A DNA stretch of 64,000 nt from an uncultured delta proteobacterium (GTDB taxonomy: Bacteria; Desulfobacterota; BSN033; UBA1163), in contig CAWHBU010000004.1 in assembly GCA_963827685.1 (NCBI GenBank), forward strand, positions 192,001 to 256,000. The letters run 5' to 3'. The notes under the pieces were generated by a model that was not told where the DNA came from, did no database searches, and saw only the letters and a list, made by a program, of their open reading frames with translations. This document shows, piece after piece, positions 50,885-60,674 of this stretch; within the stretch, counting starts at the first letter, position 1; the number at the start of each line of letters is the position of its first letter. Both the position numbers and the translations under genes were made by a program.

Positions 50885-51022
50885 CGTTTTTTTTCCTCCT
50901 TGGTTTAGTTGGTCTTTTAAAGGCAGCTAATAAGCGATCCGCTATCAGCCATGAGTTTGTTTTGTATTCTTTACGTTTTGCTTTATGCCTACCTGCGGTA
51001 AGCAGGCACCATGCACTGCGTT

Positions 51023-52513
51023 TCACTTCTGGACTTCCGGATTGGGCTTGCGATCCTGAATCCCCGCCAACTTCTTTACCATCTTCTTCCTGCCTTCAAT
51101 GTCATACTGCGTTGTAATCGCAATCGCCTCCATAATTGGAGACCCACCTCCGTGGTAGGACCCAAGCAGATGAATTCCCCCGGTCGCCGAACAAACCAAA
51201 TCCCCCACATACCGCCACAACTGCGCCGCATCCTCCGGATGAATATCCGGATTCCGGGTGATGTACTTATACAAAAGATCCTTGGTCTCGGGATTCACAA
51301 AATCTCCCTCATAAGGGAAGGTGGCCGGCATCCCTCCGGATACATCACAGAGAATCTCCGCCTCGCGGAAGACTGCCTCCCCGGTTAAACATCGCCCCAC
51401 ATTCGCATAAATGGAATGAGGAATATAACTCCCCGGCCCATACGGCTTAAACCCTACCCCAGGAACATAAACCTCTGGCTTCCCCAACTCCGACGCCGTA
51501 AATCCCGCCGCATATCCCAACTCCGATACCCGGATGATCTCCGCCAGCTTGTCCCGCACATGCGACGCCTTGCCAATCCCATTGTAATCCGCCGCCAAAG
51601 CCACCGTCCCCAACATCAAATCTCCTAACGCCGGCTTACACCCCGAATAACTATGTCGATGGAAAAGGGCAAACAAAAGCGCACACACCCCACCGTGAAT
51701 CGTCTCTCCGCAAAGGAACACTCTCTCCCACGGAATAAAGGTATTGTCGAAAATCGTATACGAGTCCGTCGACCCAGGCACAAAACCCCTCTTGAAATGC
51801 TCCCGTGGTCTCAAATTATGCACCGTTACGACCTGCTTGACCCCTTCCCAATCCCCAGGCACCGCAAACGCCACTGCCCAATCCTTCTCCTCCGGTAAAA
51901 GCGCCCGGGTCGGCACTACCAGAATCTCATCAGCCACAGAAGCCTCCGAGTTGTGCACCTTGGAGCCCCGCACAACGATTCCATCTTTCTTTCTTTCCAC
52001 AACACGGACATAAAGATCCGGGTCCTTCTGCTGGGAAGGCCGCTTCATCCGATCACCTTTGACGTCCGTCTGCGCACAGCAGCCCACGAGATCCTCTTTC
52101 TGAAATCGCTCCAGCCATTTCTTGAAGTTCTTGTGATACTGGGTGGCCCCGTTATTCTGTTTGTCCGCCTCGTAAGAGACGTTATAAATCGCATTGGCCC
52201 CATCAATCCCCATGCAGCGCTGGATGCAACCTCCAGCTACCTGGCAGAGCAGTCGGGTCATGTCCTGCTTCCTGTGCAGGTCTTCCTTGCTTTGATGAAT
52301 ATGGCAGAAACGGCTGATCTTTTCGCCAGTCAGGTGCGACGTGGCTGTGCACAGGTCCTGATGCTTGGGGTCCCCGGCGTAGTCGAAGGTCAACCCGATG
52401 GTGTTAATCGTCGTCATCTGCAACTCGTCATCACGGGCGATCTTTTGCCCATCGACGTAAATATTACGCCGCATCTTGCGTAACCCCTCGATGTACTGCT
52501 TTTTCGTCCTCAT
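51023..52513 (-). CDS. abfD: 4-hydroxybutyryl-CoA dehydratase / vinylacetyl-CoA isomerase-like
   Basis: CIQRC and HRHSYSGC [4Fe-4S] ligand motifs, TDVKGDR, HGGGSP. Confidence 0.8.
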   Translation of the reverse strand: MRTKKQYIEGLRKMRRNIYVDGQKIARDDELQMTTINTIGLTFDYAGDPKHQDLCTATSHLTGEKISRFCHIHQSKEDLHRKQDMTRLLCQVAGGCIQRCMGIDGANAIYNVSYEADKQNNGATQYHKNFKKWLERFQKEDLVGCCAQTDVKGDRMKRPSQQKDPDLYVRVVERKKDGIVVRGSKVHNSEASVADEILVVPTRALLPEEKDWAVAFAVPGDWEGVKQVVTVHNLRPREHFKRGFVPGSTDSYTIFDNTFIPWERVFLCGETIHGGVCALLFALFHRHSYSGCKPALGDLMLGTVALAADYNGIGKASHVRDKLAEIIRVSELGYAAGFTASELGKPEVYVPGVGFKPYGPGSYIPHSIYANVGRCLTGEAVFREAEILCDVSGGMPATFPYEGDFVNPETKDLLYKYITRNPDIHPEDAAQLWRYVGDLVCSATGGIHLLGSYHGGGSPIMEAIAITTQYDIEGRKKMVKKLAGIQDRKPNPEVQK

Positions 52514-52681
52514 CTTTGCTTCCTCCTTCATTAAATTATGAATTTGGCTCGATCCAAAAGCCTCTTGCTAAATCGGATGAGCCGATCATCGGAAAAATCC
52601 TCTTACCATTACAAAAAGAACTATTATAACTATTATAAATGGTTTAACCTGAATTCTATGTGTTTTCAAGGCAAACCCCCT

Positions 52682-53440
52682 CTATTCCTGATCAGGGAAA
52701 TCCCCCGAATTAAGATTGCTATCTTCTGATTCCTTCTTCCCCGATTCCAGCAGTGCCAGGACCCCCCTATATTCCTCCCGGGAGAGTTTGCGGTAAAGAT
52801 GGTAAAAGAAAATACTCATGATCTCTCTTCCCTGGACAACCCTTTTCGAGAACTCCTCCGGGAGAAGCTTTCCCAAGGCGGCTTCGATGTAATATTTATG
52901 CGACATAATGACGATCTCCCGGAACTTATCCCGATAGTGCTTCAGGGCTTCGGGGTCGAACCCCTCTATGGCACCCAGGCCGATGCTATCCATTTCTACG
53001 ATCAATTTGCCAAGGGTGATATCGTCCTGCAAATAAATCTTCTCACCATTACGAACCTCTGGGGTGATAATCGCCCATTCCTCCATCTTGACCAACCATT
53101 TCCTTCCCAAGCCCGTTGCCTTGAGAAAGGGCTCCTCACCTGCTATCTCGTTCGGCAGAAACTGGTCTATGGGCCTGAAGTACTCTCTTCGGAGATTGAG
53201 GAGAGACTGCCACTCGGAGGATTTTTTTTGCTTTTTTAAAATATTCTTGATCACTGCGAGAGGGAGGAAATGGCGATCCTGAAGTTCTTTGATGAAGCGG
53301 ATGCGTTCTACATAGTCTTCATCATATTCCGCAATGTTCCTACCCCTCTTGTGGGGCTTTGGTAGGAGTCCTTCCCGGATGTAAAAATGAACGGTTTCTT
53401 TTGATACCCCTGTGTGCTGAACTAAATCTCGGATCTTCAA
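52682..53440 (-). CDS. MerR family transcriptional regulator
   Basis: MKIRDLVQHTGVSKETVHFYIREGLLP. Confidence 0.9.
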   Translation of the reverse strand: MKIRDLVQHTGVSKETVHFYIREGLLPKPHKRGRNIAEYDEDYVERIRFIKELQDRHFLPLAVIKNILKKQKKSSEWQSLLNLRREYFRPIDQFLPNEIAGEEPFLKATGLGRKWLVKMEEWAIITPEVRNGEKIYLQDDITLGKLIVEMDSIGLGAIEGFDPEALKHYRDKFREIVIMSHKYYIEAALGKLLPEEFSKRVVQGREIMSIFFYHLYRKLSREEYRGVLALLESGKKESEDSNLNSGDFPDQE

Positions 53441-53745
53441 GAATCTCCCTCTCCGCCTGCAGGTCTCTGCAATTGAACCCGTCGCAACACTTCATTACGC
53501 CCCAATAAAGGTTTTTTCACTTCGATTCCTAATAAGTATTACTAAATACTATACATAAAAGTCAAGAAAAATCTTATGTCTACCATTTTTCTCTTGACAA
53601 AAGATTCAAAATTTATTATCCATCATTTATCACAAAAGCGCAACAATGTGAGCTTAGGGGAAGAAGGGACCTTTAAAAAATCCCCTCAATCCCCCCGAAG
53701 TGAAGACCAGCCCGCTTGGCGCTAATTCCAACAGGAGGTAACGGC

Positions 53746-55875
53746 ATGAAGACGGATTACAAGACTGTGAAAGTGGAAGTGAAAGGCGATGTCGCCGTTC
53801 TGGCTTTGAATAATCCTCCGGTGAACCAGCTTTCTGCGCATTTTGTGCAGGAGATGGCCGATGCGCTTCTGCAGGCTTTTGCGGAAAAGGCCGTTAAGGC
53901 TGTGATTCTTACCGGTACCGGAAAGAATTTTATTGCTGGCGCTGACATTACCGAGGTTCAGAAAGTCAAGGATAGGGATTATCTCATCCCAAGGGTTATG
54001 GAGAATAACCGCTTCCTTAACTCCGTCGGGGAAGGGCCCAAGCCCGTGATTGCAGCCATCAACGGCAATTGTCTTGGAGGCGGGCTGGAAATCGCCATGG
54101 CTTGCCACTACAGGATTGCCGCCCAGGGTGTTCAGATCGGGCAGCCCGAAGTGCAGATCGGCCTCATTCCCGGAGCCGGCGGCACCCAGCGGCTTCCCCG
54201 ACTGATTGGTTTTGCCGATGCCTTGCAGATGATCACGACTGGCAACCCCATTTCAGCCGAAGAAGGTCTGAAAAAAGGGGCGCTGGATGAGGTGGTCCCG
54301 GCTGACCAACTCCTGGATCAGGCTTTGAAAACCGCCCGCCGTTTTATCTCCGGAGAGCTGAATCACAAGGATCGGTTGACTAAAAATAAAAAGGATAAGC
54401 TGCCGAAGCCGGAAGAGAAGGCGGGGATCGTCGCTTTTGCCAAAGGAATGGCTGCGAAACAAGCCAAAGGATATATTGCCCCATTTAAGGCCATTGAGGC
54501 CATGGAACGGGGACTGTCGGATAATTTCGAAGCCGATTTGAAGATCGAAGCAGAGCTTTTTGCCGATTGCGCCGTCTCGGATGTAGCCAAAAATCTGATC
54601 GGCATCTTCCTAAACACCAGGGCTGCCGGAAGGCTGCCGCGCATCGAAAAGATTGAGCCAAAAAAAATTAAGAAGGTGGGTATGCTGGGCGGTGGCGCGA
54701 TGGGGTCGGGGATTGTCAACCTGCTGTTGAACAATGGGTTTGATGCCATTCTCTGGGACATCAATGATGAGGCCATTCGGAAGGGCCTCGAGGCTATTCG
54801 TAAAACCTTTGCCTACCCCATCAAAAAGGGAAAGATGACTCAAGAGGGACTGGACAAATTAATCAAGGAGCACCTCATCACTACCACCTTACTTGAAACT
54901 CTGAAGGACGTAGATCTGGTAATCGAAGCCGTTCTGGAGGATATAAAAATCAAGCAGGATATCTGGAAGCGCCTCGAAAGAATTTGCCGACCGGAGGTCG
55001 TCTTCGGCACAAACACTTCGGCGCTGCCTATTACGGGGATAGCCTCTGTCCTCACAGACCCTGGCCGCATGATAGGACTGCACTTTTTCAACCCCGCTGA
55101 AAGAATGCAGCTTCTAGAAATCATCTGCGGCAAGAAGACTTCTGATCAAACGCTATCGACAAGCGTGGCTTTTGGACGGGCCATTCGCAAGGTTCCCATC
55201 GTGGTGAATGACGGACCAGGCTTCTATGTCTCGAGACAGCTGGGCGGTCTCATGGGGGAATCCATCTTCATGGTGGCGGAGGGGGTTGATCCGACCAAGG
55301 TGGAGGAAGCCGTGTTAGAATTCGGACTCCCCATGGGTCCATCGACCCTTAGCGATTTGACTGGAATCGACATCAATTACCATGTAGGGAAGAACTTTGA
55401 GAAAGCATTCGGGGAGCGATTGAAGATGCATCCTCTAGCTGAGCGCATTTATCAAACCGGGTGCTACGGACGAAAAACCGGAGCTGGGTGGTTCGACTAC
55501 AGCGGAGAAAAACCCGTCCCGAACCCGAAGGTGATGGAAGTTGTCCAGAACTATTTGAAAGAGAAGGGGGTTGGGCCCAAATCCATGACCCCTAAGGAAA
55601 TTATGGATCGGATGATGGCGCGAGCCATCAATGAGGCCGCTTTTATGATTCAGGAGGGGATCTGCGATCGGCCCCAAGACATGGACCTGGCGATGATTTA
55701 TGGGACAGGATTTCCCCCATACCGTGGTGGGATTCTCCGGTATGCTGACGCTTGGGGAATTGCGAATGTATATCAGCATCTGGTAAAACTTGAGAAAGAA
55801 CATGGGGTGAGGTTGAAGCCCTGCAGCCTTCTCAAAGAAATGGCGGAGCAGGGCAAAACATTTTATAAAATGTGA
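53746..55875 (+). CDS. multifunctional enoyl-CoA hydratase / 3-hydroxyacyl-CoA dehydrogenase (FadB/FadJ-like)
   Basis: FIAGADI, GGGLE, PEVQIGLIPGAGGTQRL; GGGAMG, TNTS, HFFNP, GFPPYRGG. Confidence 0.93.
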   Translation: MKTDYKTVKVEVKGDVAVLALNNPPVNQLSAHFVQEMADALLQAFAEKAVKAVILTGTGKNFIAGADITEVQKVKDRDYLIPRVMENNRFLNSVGEGPKPVIAAINGNCLGGGLEIAMACHYRIAAQGVQIGQPEVQIGLIPGAGGTQRLPRLIGFADALQMITTGNPISAEEGLKKGALDEVVPADQLLDQALKTARRFISGELNHKDRLTKNKKDKLPKPEEKAGIVAFAKGMAAKQAKGYIAPFKAIEAMERGLSDNFEADLKIEAELFADCAVSDVAKNLIGIFLNTRAAGRLPRIEKIEPKKIKKVGMLGGGAMGSGIVNLLLNNGFDAILWDINDEAIRKGLEAIRKTFAYPIKKGKMTQEGLDKLIKEHLITTTLLETLKDVDLVIEAVLEDIKIKQDIWKRLERICRPEVVFGTNTSALPITGIASVLTDPGRMIGLHFFNPAERMQLLEIICGKKTSDQTLSTSVAFGRAIRKVPIVVNDGPGFYVSRQLGGLMGESIFMVAEGVDPTKVEEAVLEFGLPMGPSTLSDLTGIDINYHVGKNFEKAFGERLKMHPLAERIYQTGCYGRKTGAGWFDYSGEKPVPNPKVMEVVQNYLKEKGVGPKSMTPKEIMDRMMARAINEAAFMIQEGICDRPQDMDLAMIYGTGFPPYRGGILRYADAWGIANVYQHLVKLEKEHGVRLKPCSLLKEMAEQGKTFYKM

Positions 55876-55933
55876 ACAAAATTTAGAAATCGCCAGTTCA
55901 ATAAACCTATTCAATCAAGAAAGGAGGCCGAAG

Positions 55934-56269
55934 ATGGCAAGGGTATTTAATTCAGTGAAGGAGATCTTCGCGGGCATGCCCGGAACCTTTAATCGGGGTG
56001 CTGCCGCCGGGCTGAACGTTGTGATCCAGTATGGCATCGAGGGCGACCAGGGTGGAGACTGGTATGTGGTCATCAAAGATCAGACCTGCACTGTATCCGA
56101 GGGGGTGCATTCCAGCCCGACTCTTACGATGAAAATGGCAGACAAGGACTGGATGGCTATGTGCAACGGTCAACTCGATGGCATGACCGCCTTCGTGACT
56201 GGCAAGCTCAAGGCTACGGGTGACATTATGTTGGCCCAGCGCCTGCCAATGCTATTCCCGCTGGGTTAA
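55934..56269 (+). CDS. SCP2 sterol/lipid-binding domain protein
   Basis: GQLDGMTAFVTGKLKATGDIMLA. Confidence 0.9.
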   Translation: MARVFNSVKEIFAGMPGTFNRGAAAGLNVVIQYGIEGDQGGDWYVVIKDQTCTVSEGVHSSPTLTMKMADKDWMAMCNGQLDGMTAFVTGKLKATGDIMLAQRLPMLFPLG

Positions 56270-56482
56270 GCCCCAGATGGTTGAGGAAAATAGTGAGGAA
56301 CGTGGTTCTCTCTTGCTTCGCGTCAGGAGCAGGATATCATTAAAAGATGGGCTGGCATTCAAGATTGGGCATACTGTACCGGTAGGGTTCGGGCCGATTT
56401 AGAACGAGGAGCCTGGGTTTTTCGTCCTGGTTCACATCATAATATGGAAGCATATAAAAACTTGAAATTCTAAGGAGGCTTT

Positions 56483-57640
56483 ATGGGCAAGAGAATACTT
56501 CGGACAAAACTTTGCGACATGCTGGGGATTGAGTACCCCATCATCGCGGCTGGAATGGGGCCCACGCTGATTGGCGAAACGACAGGGGCCCCGGTGGAGT
56601 TGGTGGTGGCTGTCTCCGAGGCCGGTGGGATGGGAGTCCTGGGTGGGAGCGGCTTCAATATAGAAAGGTTGCGAGAGGCCATCCGGGAGATTAAAGCAAA
56701 AACAAAGAAGCCTTTTGGAGTGGATCTCCTATTACCCCAAAAGCTCGACATGGGTGGAGGATTAGGCCAGAAAGGAGGGCCTAAAGAGCTGCCCCTGAGC
56801 GCGATGCTGAAATCCCTGCCCAAACCGCATCAGGACTGGGTTAAGAAAGTGAAAGATGAGCTTCAACTTCCGGATGTAGAGATCATGGTCAAGATGGATT
56901 CGACGACCATGCGCCCTCAGGAAGCAATTCAGGTGTGCATCGAGGAAAAGGTTCCGCTCTTTTGTGCCGGTCTGGGGAACCCGGGATTCATGGTAGCAGA
57001 GGCGCATGCGGCGGGAATGAAAGTTCTTGCAATCACCGGCAATACTAAGAATGCTCGCAGGATGTCCCAATCCGGGATCGATCTTCTGGTCGCCCAGGGG
57101 CACGAAGGGGGAGGGCACACAGGCCGAATCGGAACGATGGCTTTACTTCCCCAGGCCATCGATGCCGCATACCCCGTACCTGTCCTGGCAGCAGGCGGCA
57201 TCGGCGACGGCCGGGGACTGGCCGCAGCCCTGGCCATGGGCTGCATAGGGGTGTGGGTTGGGACCCGCTTTCTGGCGACGAACGAAGGAGGAGCTCTGCC
57301 GGTCAATAAAAAGCATATCATCGATTCCACGGATGAAGACACCCGGGTAAGTAGAGCGTACACTGGCAAGACCTTGCGGGCGAGCTACAACAAATTCCAT
57401 GACCTCTGGGATGGTTCGGGATTGGAGCCGCTTCCCTTTCCGACCCAGGTTTTGATCTCTTCGGGCCTCCTGGCCAGTTTCGTCAAGGAGAAAAAGGACG
57501 ATTATGTTGGTGGCCTCGCCGGCCAAGTCTCGGGGCTCATTAAAGAGATCAAACCCGCCCGCCAGGTGCTTGAGGAGATGGTGGAGCAGGCGGTGGATAT
57601 CCTGACCCGTAGACTCCCGGAAAACGTAGTGGCTAAATAA
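56483..57640 (+). CDS. nitronate monooxygenase / FabK-like flavoprotein
   Basis: LGIEYPIIAAGM, QGHEGGGH, AAGGIGDGRG, GTRF. Confidence 0.9.
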   Translation: MGKRILRTKLCDMLGIEYPIIAAGMGPTLIGETTGAPVELVVAVSEAGGMGVLGGSGFNIERLREAIREIKAKTKKPFGVDLLLPQKLDMGGGLGQKGGPKELPLSAMLKSLPKPHQDWVKKVKDELQLPDVEIMVKMDSTTMRPQEAIQVCIEEKVPLFCAGLGNPGFMVAEAHAAGMKVLAITGNTKNARRMSQSGIDLLVAQGHEGGGHTGRIGTMALLPQAIDAAYPVPVLAAGGIGDGRGLAAALAMGCIGVWVGTRFLATNEGGALPVNKKHIIDSTDEDTRVSRAYTGKTLRASYNKFHDLWDGSGLEPLPFPTQVLISSGLLASFVKEKKDDYVGGLAGQVSGLIKEIKPARQVLEEMVEQAVDILTRRLPENVVAK

Positions 57641-57747
57641 GAATATTGACTGCGCGGACCGCTGAGGACGCTGAGGTAAAATTTCAAAAAGAGGAGCCCA
57701 CAGGCCTTGCTGGGGCTCAACATCCTCGCAATTCAGGCAGATCAATT

Positions 57748-58890
57748 TTAAAGCATAGAACTAATAATGATTCTCTGAATCTGATTCGTGCCCTCGTAGA
57801 TCTGGAGGGCTTTTACATCCCTTAGATACTTCTCTAACGGCCATTTGCGGGTATATCCTTGCCCACCAAGAATCTGAATAGCATTACTGCAAACCCTTTC
57901 TGCCATCTCCGTTGCCAATATCTTGCACATGGATGAGGCCATCGTCGAGTCCATCCCTTGATCGATTAACCAACAGGCTTTCCAGGTTAGAAGCCTTGCG
58001 GCTTCAATCTCTGTAGCCATATCGGCCAACATCAAGGAAATGGCTTGGTTTTCGATAATTGGCCGGCCATACTGTTTGCGCTCGCGGGCATACGTGAGCG
58101 CCACTTCGAAAGCTGCCCTGGCCACCCCGACAGCACTGGCCCCAATGCATGGTCTTGACATATCCAAGGTCTGCATGGCTATCAGAAATCCGGTGTTCTC
58201 AACGCCGAGCAAGTTTTCGATGGGGACCTCGACGTTATTAAAGATTAACTCACCGGTTTGGGAGGCCCGCAGTCCCATCATATCCTCTATCGTGCCAAGA
58301 GTCAGGCCCTTGGCATTACCATCCACAATGAAGGCATTGAGCCCGCCATCGCGCTTCCGGGGATCGGTGGTGGCAAAGACCACATAGAAGCCGGCTATGC
58401 CCGCATTGGTGATGAAGGCTTTTGTTCCATTGAGGATGTAATGATCTCCTTTTCGCGTTGCCAGAGTTCTGATACCGGCCATGTCCGAACCTGCCTCGGG
58501 TTCCGTCACCGCCAGCCCTGCGAGCCTACCATTCTCTCCACAAACCAGAGGAAGGTACCGCTTTTTCTGATCTTCATTCGCAACAAGTTTAAGGCAACAG
58601 GTCGCCAGCCAGGTACCACCGGCCGGCTCGCTCATACCCAGACACGCCGCGCCCATTTCCTCAACAACCACCGCGGTGGTGAGATGGTCAACTCCCAGTC
58701 CACCGTACTCTTGAGGAACACCTAATCCCAGCAGATTAGCCTTGGCGAATCTTCGGACGATTCTCCAGTCGAACGTTGTGTCCCGGCGTCTGTCGAGCTC
58801 AGCCGCATAGGGTTTCATCTCTTCTTCGGCAAACTTTTTGGCGAATTTCTGATAGCGCAACTGTTCTTCATTAAGGTCGAATCCAATCAT
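57748..58890 (-). CDS. acyl-CoA dehydrogenase
   Basis: VTEPEAGSD, KAFITN, QILGGQGY, IYEGTNQIQR. Confidence 0.93.
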   Translation of the reverse strand: MIGFDLNEEQLRYQKFAKKFAEEEMKPYAAELDRRRDTTFDWRIVRRFAKANLLGLGVPQEYGGLGVDHLTTAVVVEEMGAACLGMSEPAGGTWLATCCLKLVANEDQKKRYLPLVCGENGRLAGLAVTEPEAGSDMAGIRTLATRKGDHYILNGTKAFITNAGIAGFYVVFATTDPRKRDGGLNAFIVDGNAKGLTLGTIEDMMGLRASQTGELIFNNVEVPIENLLGVENTGFLIAMQTLDMSRPCIGASAVGVARAAFEVALTYARERKQYGRPIIENQAISLMLADMATEIEAARLLTWKACWLIDQGMDSTMASSMCKILATEMAERVCSNAIQILGGQGYTRKWPLEKYLRDVKALQIYEGTNQIQRIIISSML

Positions 58891-59231
58891 TTTAGACGAT
58901 CCCTCCTCCACTGAATATATTCGAGGAGATTTTTCTTCTCCTCAGTAGGAAGTTCGGATAACAGGTTGATAATTTCAGAGATTATTTCATCCGGGGGCTC
59001 CCCCTTCTCTACATTTGCTGAGATGGCGGATTCTTCCAGAAAATAACTCAACGGTTTATTCAATTCCCTTGCGATCTGTTCAATGTTTGCGAGATAAAGA
59101 CGTCTCTTACCCAGTTCGTAGTTGGATAGGGCGGCCTGCGTATAACCCAACCGAGAGGCCAATTCCTCCTGAGATAGGCCTGCTTCTTCCCTCGCCTTTT
59201 GAATCTTTTTGCCAATATCTCTATAAATCAT
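58887..59231 (-). CDS. XRE-family HTH transcriptional regulator
   Basis: AREEAGLSQEELASRLGYTQAALSNYELGKR. Confidence 0.92.
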   Translation of the reverse strand: MIYRDIGKKIQKAREEAGLSQEELASRLGYTQAALSNYELGKRRLYLANIEQIARELNKPLSYFLEESAISANVEKGEPPDEIISEIINLLSELPTEEKKNLLEYIQWRRDRLK

Positions 59232-59293
59232 GGTTCTTTAAAGTATGGAAAACAATAACAACTAGTTATTAATAGCATATTTTTTTCAGTTTT

Positions 59294-59356
59294 ACAACGT
59301 ATTGTCTTGACAAATATTACAAGCTGTTGTATAAACCTTATAAACAACATCCTGTT
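59294..59356 (+). promoter_or_regulatory. promoter with repeated ACAA-N4-TTGT operators
   Basis: TTGACA(59307)-N17-TATAAA(59330); ACAACGTATTGT at 59294, ACAAGCTGTTGT at 59319, ACAACATCCTGT at 59345; divergent from the XRE gene. Confidence 0.6.
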
Positions 59357-59710
59357 TTATTATAGCACGACAGGCAGACTTTTAGAATGGCTATTTTGAA
59401 CATTGGCAAGGAGGGAAATAATGATGGAAAGCGAAGAGTTAAGAAATGCAGCAAGAGAGATATTAGCGAAGGTTCCTTTCGAATCGAAGAAGGAGATGGT
59501 TGCCAAAAGCCGCTGGACCTGCGAATCGAATTGGATGATGGCTCTGGTGTTTGCCGCAGGATGGGATGTGGCCAACAAGACGAATCTTCAAGTTGGACAA
59601 GCCGTCGGTAAAGCTGAAATGCACCGGCTGATGAAGGCTTTAGGATTAGATGGTCCAAAAAACGATATGGAATTCATGATGCTTGTAACGTCGGGCATGG
59701 AGACATTTAT

Positions 59711-60249
59711 AAAAAATACCTGTTGAATACCGCCCAGCTCTGCTGGGCGGATGAAAACAGGTTCGCGAAGCGATAAGACATGGTATAAGTACTGCATGAG
59801 CTCGATAAAAAGAACAAGCCATGCGGTCTACGATTTGAAATATCATATGGTATGGGTTCCCAAATATCGGAAGATGATATTGGGAGGTGAGTTGGCAAAA
59901 AGGCTTAAGATGAGTTTTGAGCAAATATCGGAGAGGTACGAGTTTGAGATAGATACGATGGAGGTAAAGGATGATCATGTTCATTTATTTTTGTCTGCCC
60001 CTCCTCGGTATTGTCCGGCAGAGATTGTGCAGATCATAAAGAGTATCTCGGCGAAAATGGTGTTCAAGCAGTTTCCAGAGGTGAAGAAAGAGCTTTGGGG
60101 TGGAGAGTTTTGGAGTGATGGGTATTTTGTTCGGTCTGTTGGAGACAAAGTTACCTCTGAAGTCATACGTCGCTATATAAAGTATCAGCAACAGGAGCAA
60201 TTAAGTTTTGAATTTTAATGCCCCGCAGCTCTGCTGCGGGGTTCTTTAC
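59711..60249 (+). mobile_element. IS200-type element (tnpA only)
   Basis: Subterminal hairpins CCGCCCAGC-TCT-GCTGGGCGG (59730-59750) and CCCCGCAGC-TCT-GCTGCGGGG (60221-60241); follows TTTAT; no target duplication; exact ends could shift by a few nt because TTTA occurs at both junctions. Confidence 0.9.
59796..60218 (+). CDS. tnpA: IS200/IS605 family Y1 transposase
   Basis: YHMVWVPKYR, DHVH (HUH motif), FWSDGYFVRSVG, RYIKYQ. Confidence 0.95.
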   Translation: MSSIKRTSHAVYDLKYHMVWVPKYRKMILGGELAKRLKMSFEQISERYEFEIDTMEVKDDHVHLFLSAPPRYCPAEIVQIIKSISAKMVFKQFPEVKKELWGGEFWSDGYFVRSVGDKVTSEVIRRYIKYQQQEQLSFEF

Positions 60250-60586
60250 TACCAAAGATTATTTCGATTACGAATTCAAAATATTGGGTCCGGGCAAGAT
60301 ATTGGGAATTGTCCGCAAGTGTTACGCGTATACCAAGGTGAGCAGCATCGGCGTGGAGAAAGACTACCAGTGTGGATGTTTCGGTATGCGCGCCGGCTGG
60401 TATCAGGCAATGGGATTGGAGGTGAAAGAGAATCTGGTTAAATGCCTAAAAGATGGAGCCGATCGATGTGAGATCACGGTTGAGAACATAGTCTATCCGC
60501 ATCCATGATGAATGGTTCATTCTACTCTTCGGACGAAGCTAAGATCATCTGAAGGAAACATTTTTGTGATTCTACTGTCACGATAG

Positions 60587-60651
60587 TATGGAGGTGCATT
60601 ATGGAAATTGGAAAACATTGGAAAACGATTCAAATGGTATTCCAAGAATCC
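60587..60651 (+). repeat. 65-bp duplicate of the RBS and 5' end of the gene at 63807
   Basis: 59/65 identity to 63793-63857 by manual alignment. Confidence 0.9.
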
Positions 60652-60674
60652 GTATTGCACGAGGAGGGTGAGTG

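Larger units (their letters stand above)
59421..60508 (+). pseudogene. L-2-amino-thiazoline-4-carboxylate hydrolase-like (ATC/V4R-fold) gene interrupted by IS200
   Basis: Joining 59421-59710 to 60250-60508 gives an intact 549-nt frame (182 aa) reading ...METFI/TKDYFDYEF...CYAY..CGC..KCLKDGADRCEI. Confidence 0.8.

Noticed and set aside
59711-60249. TnpB/IscB-encoding element or IStron
   Set aside because: Only tnpA fits between the two hairpins; no nuclease ORF or intron is present
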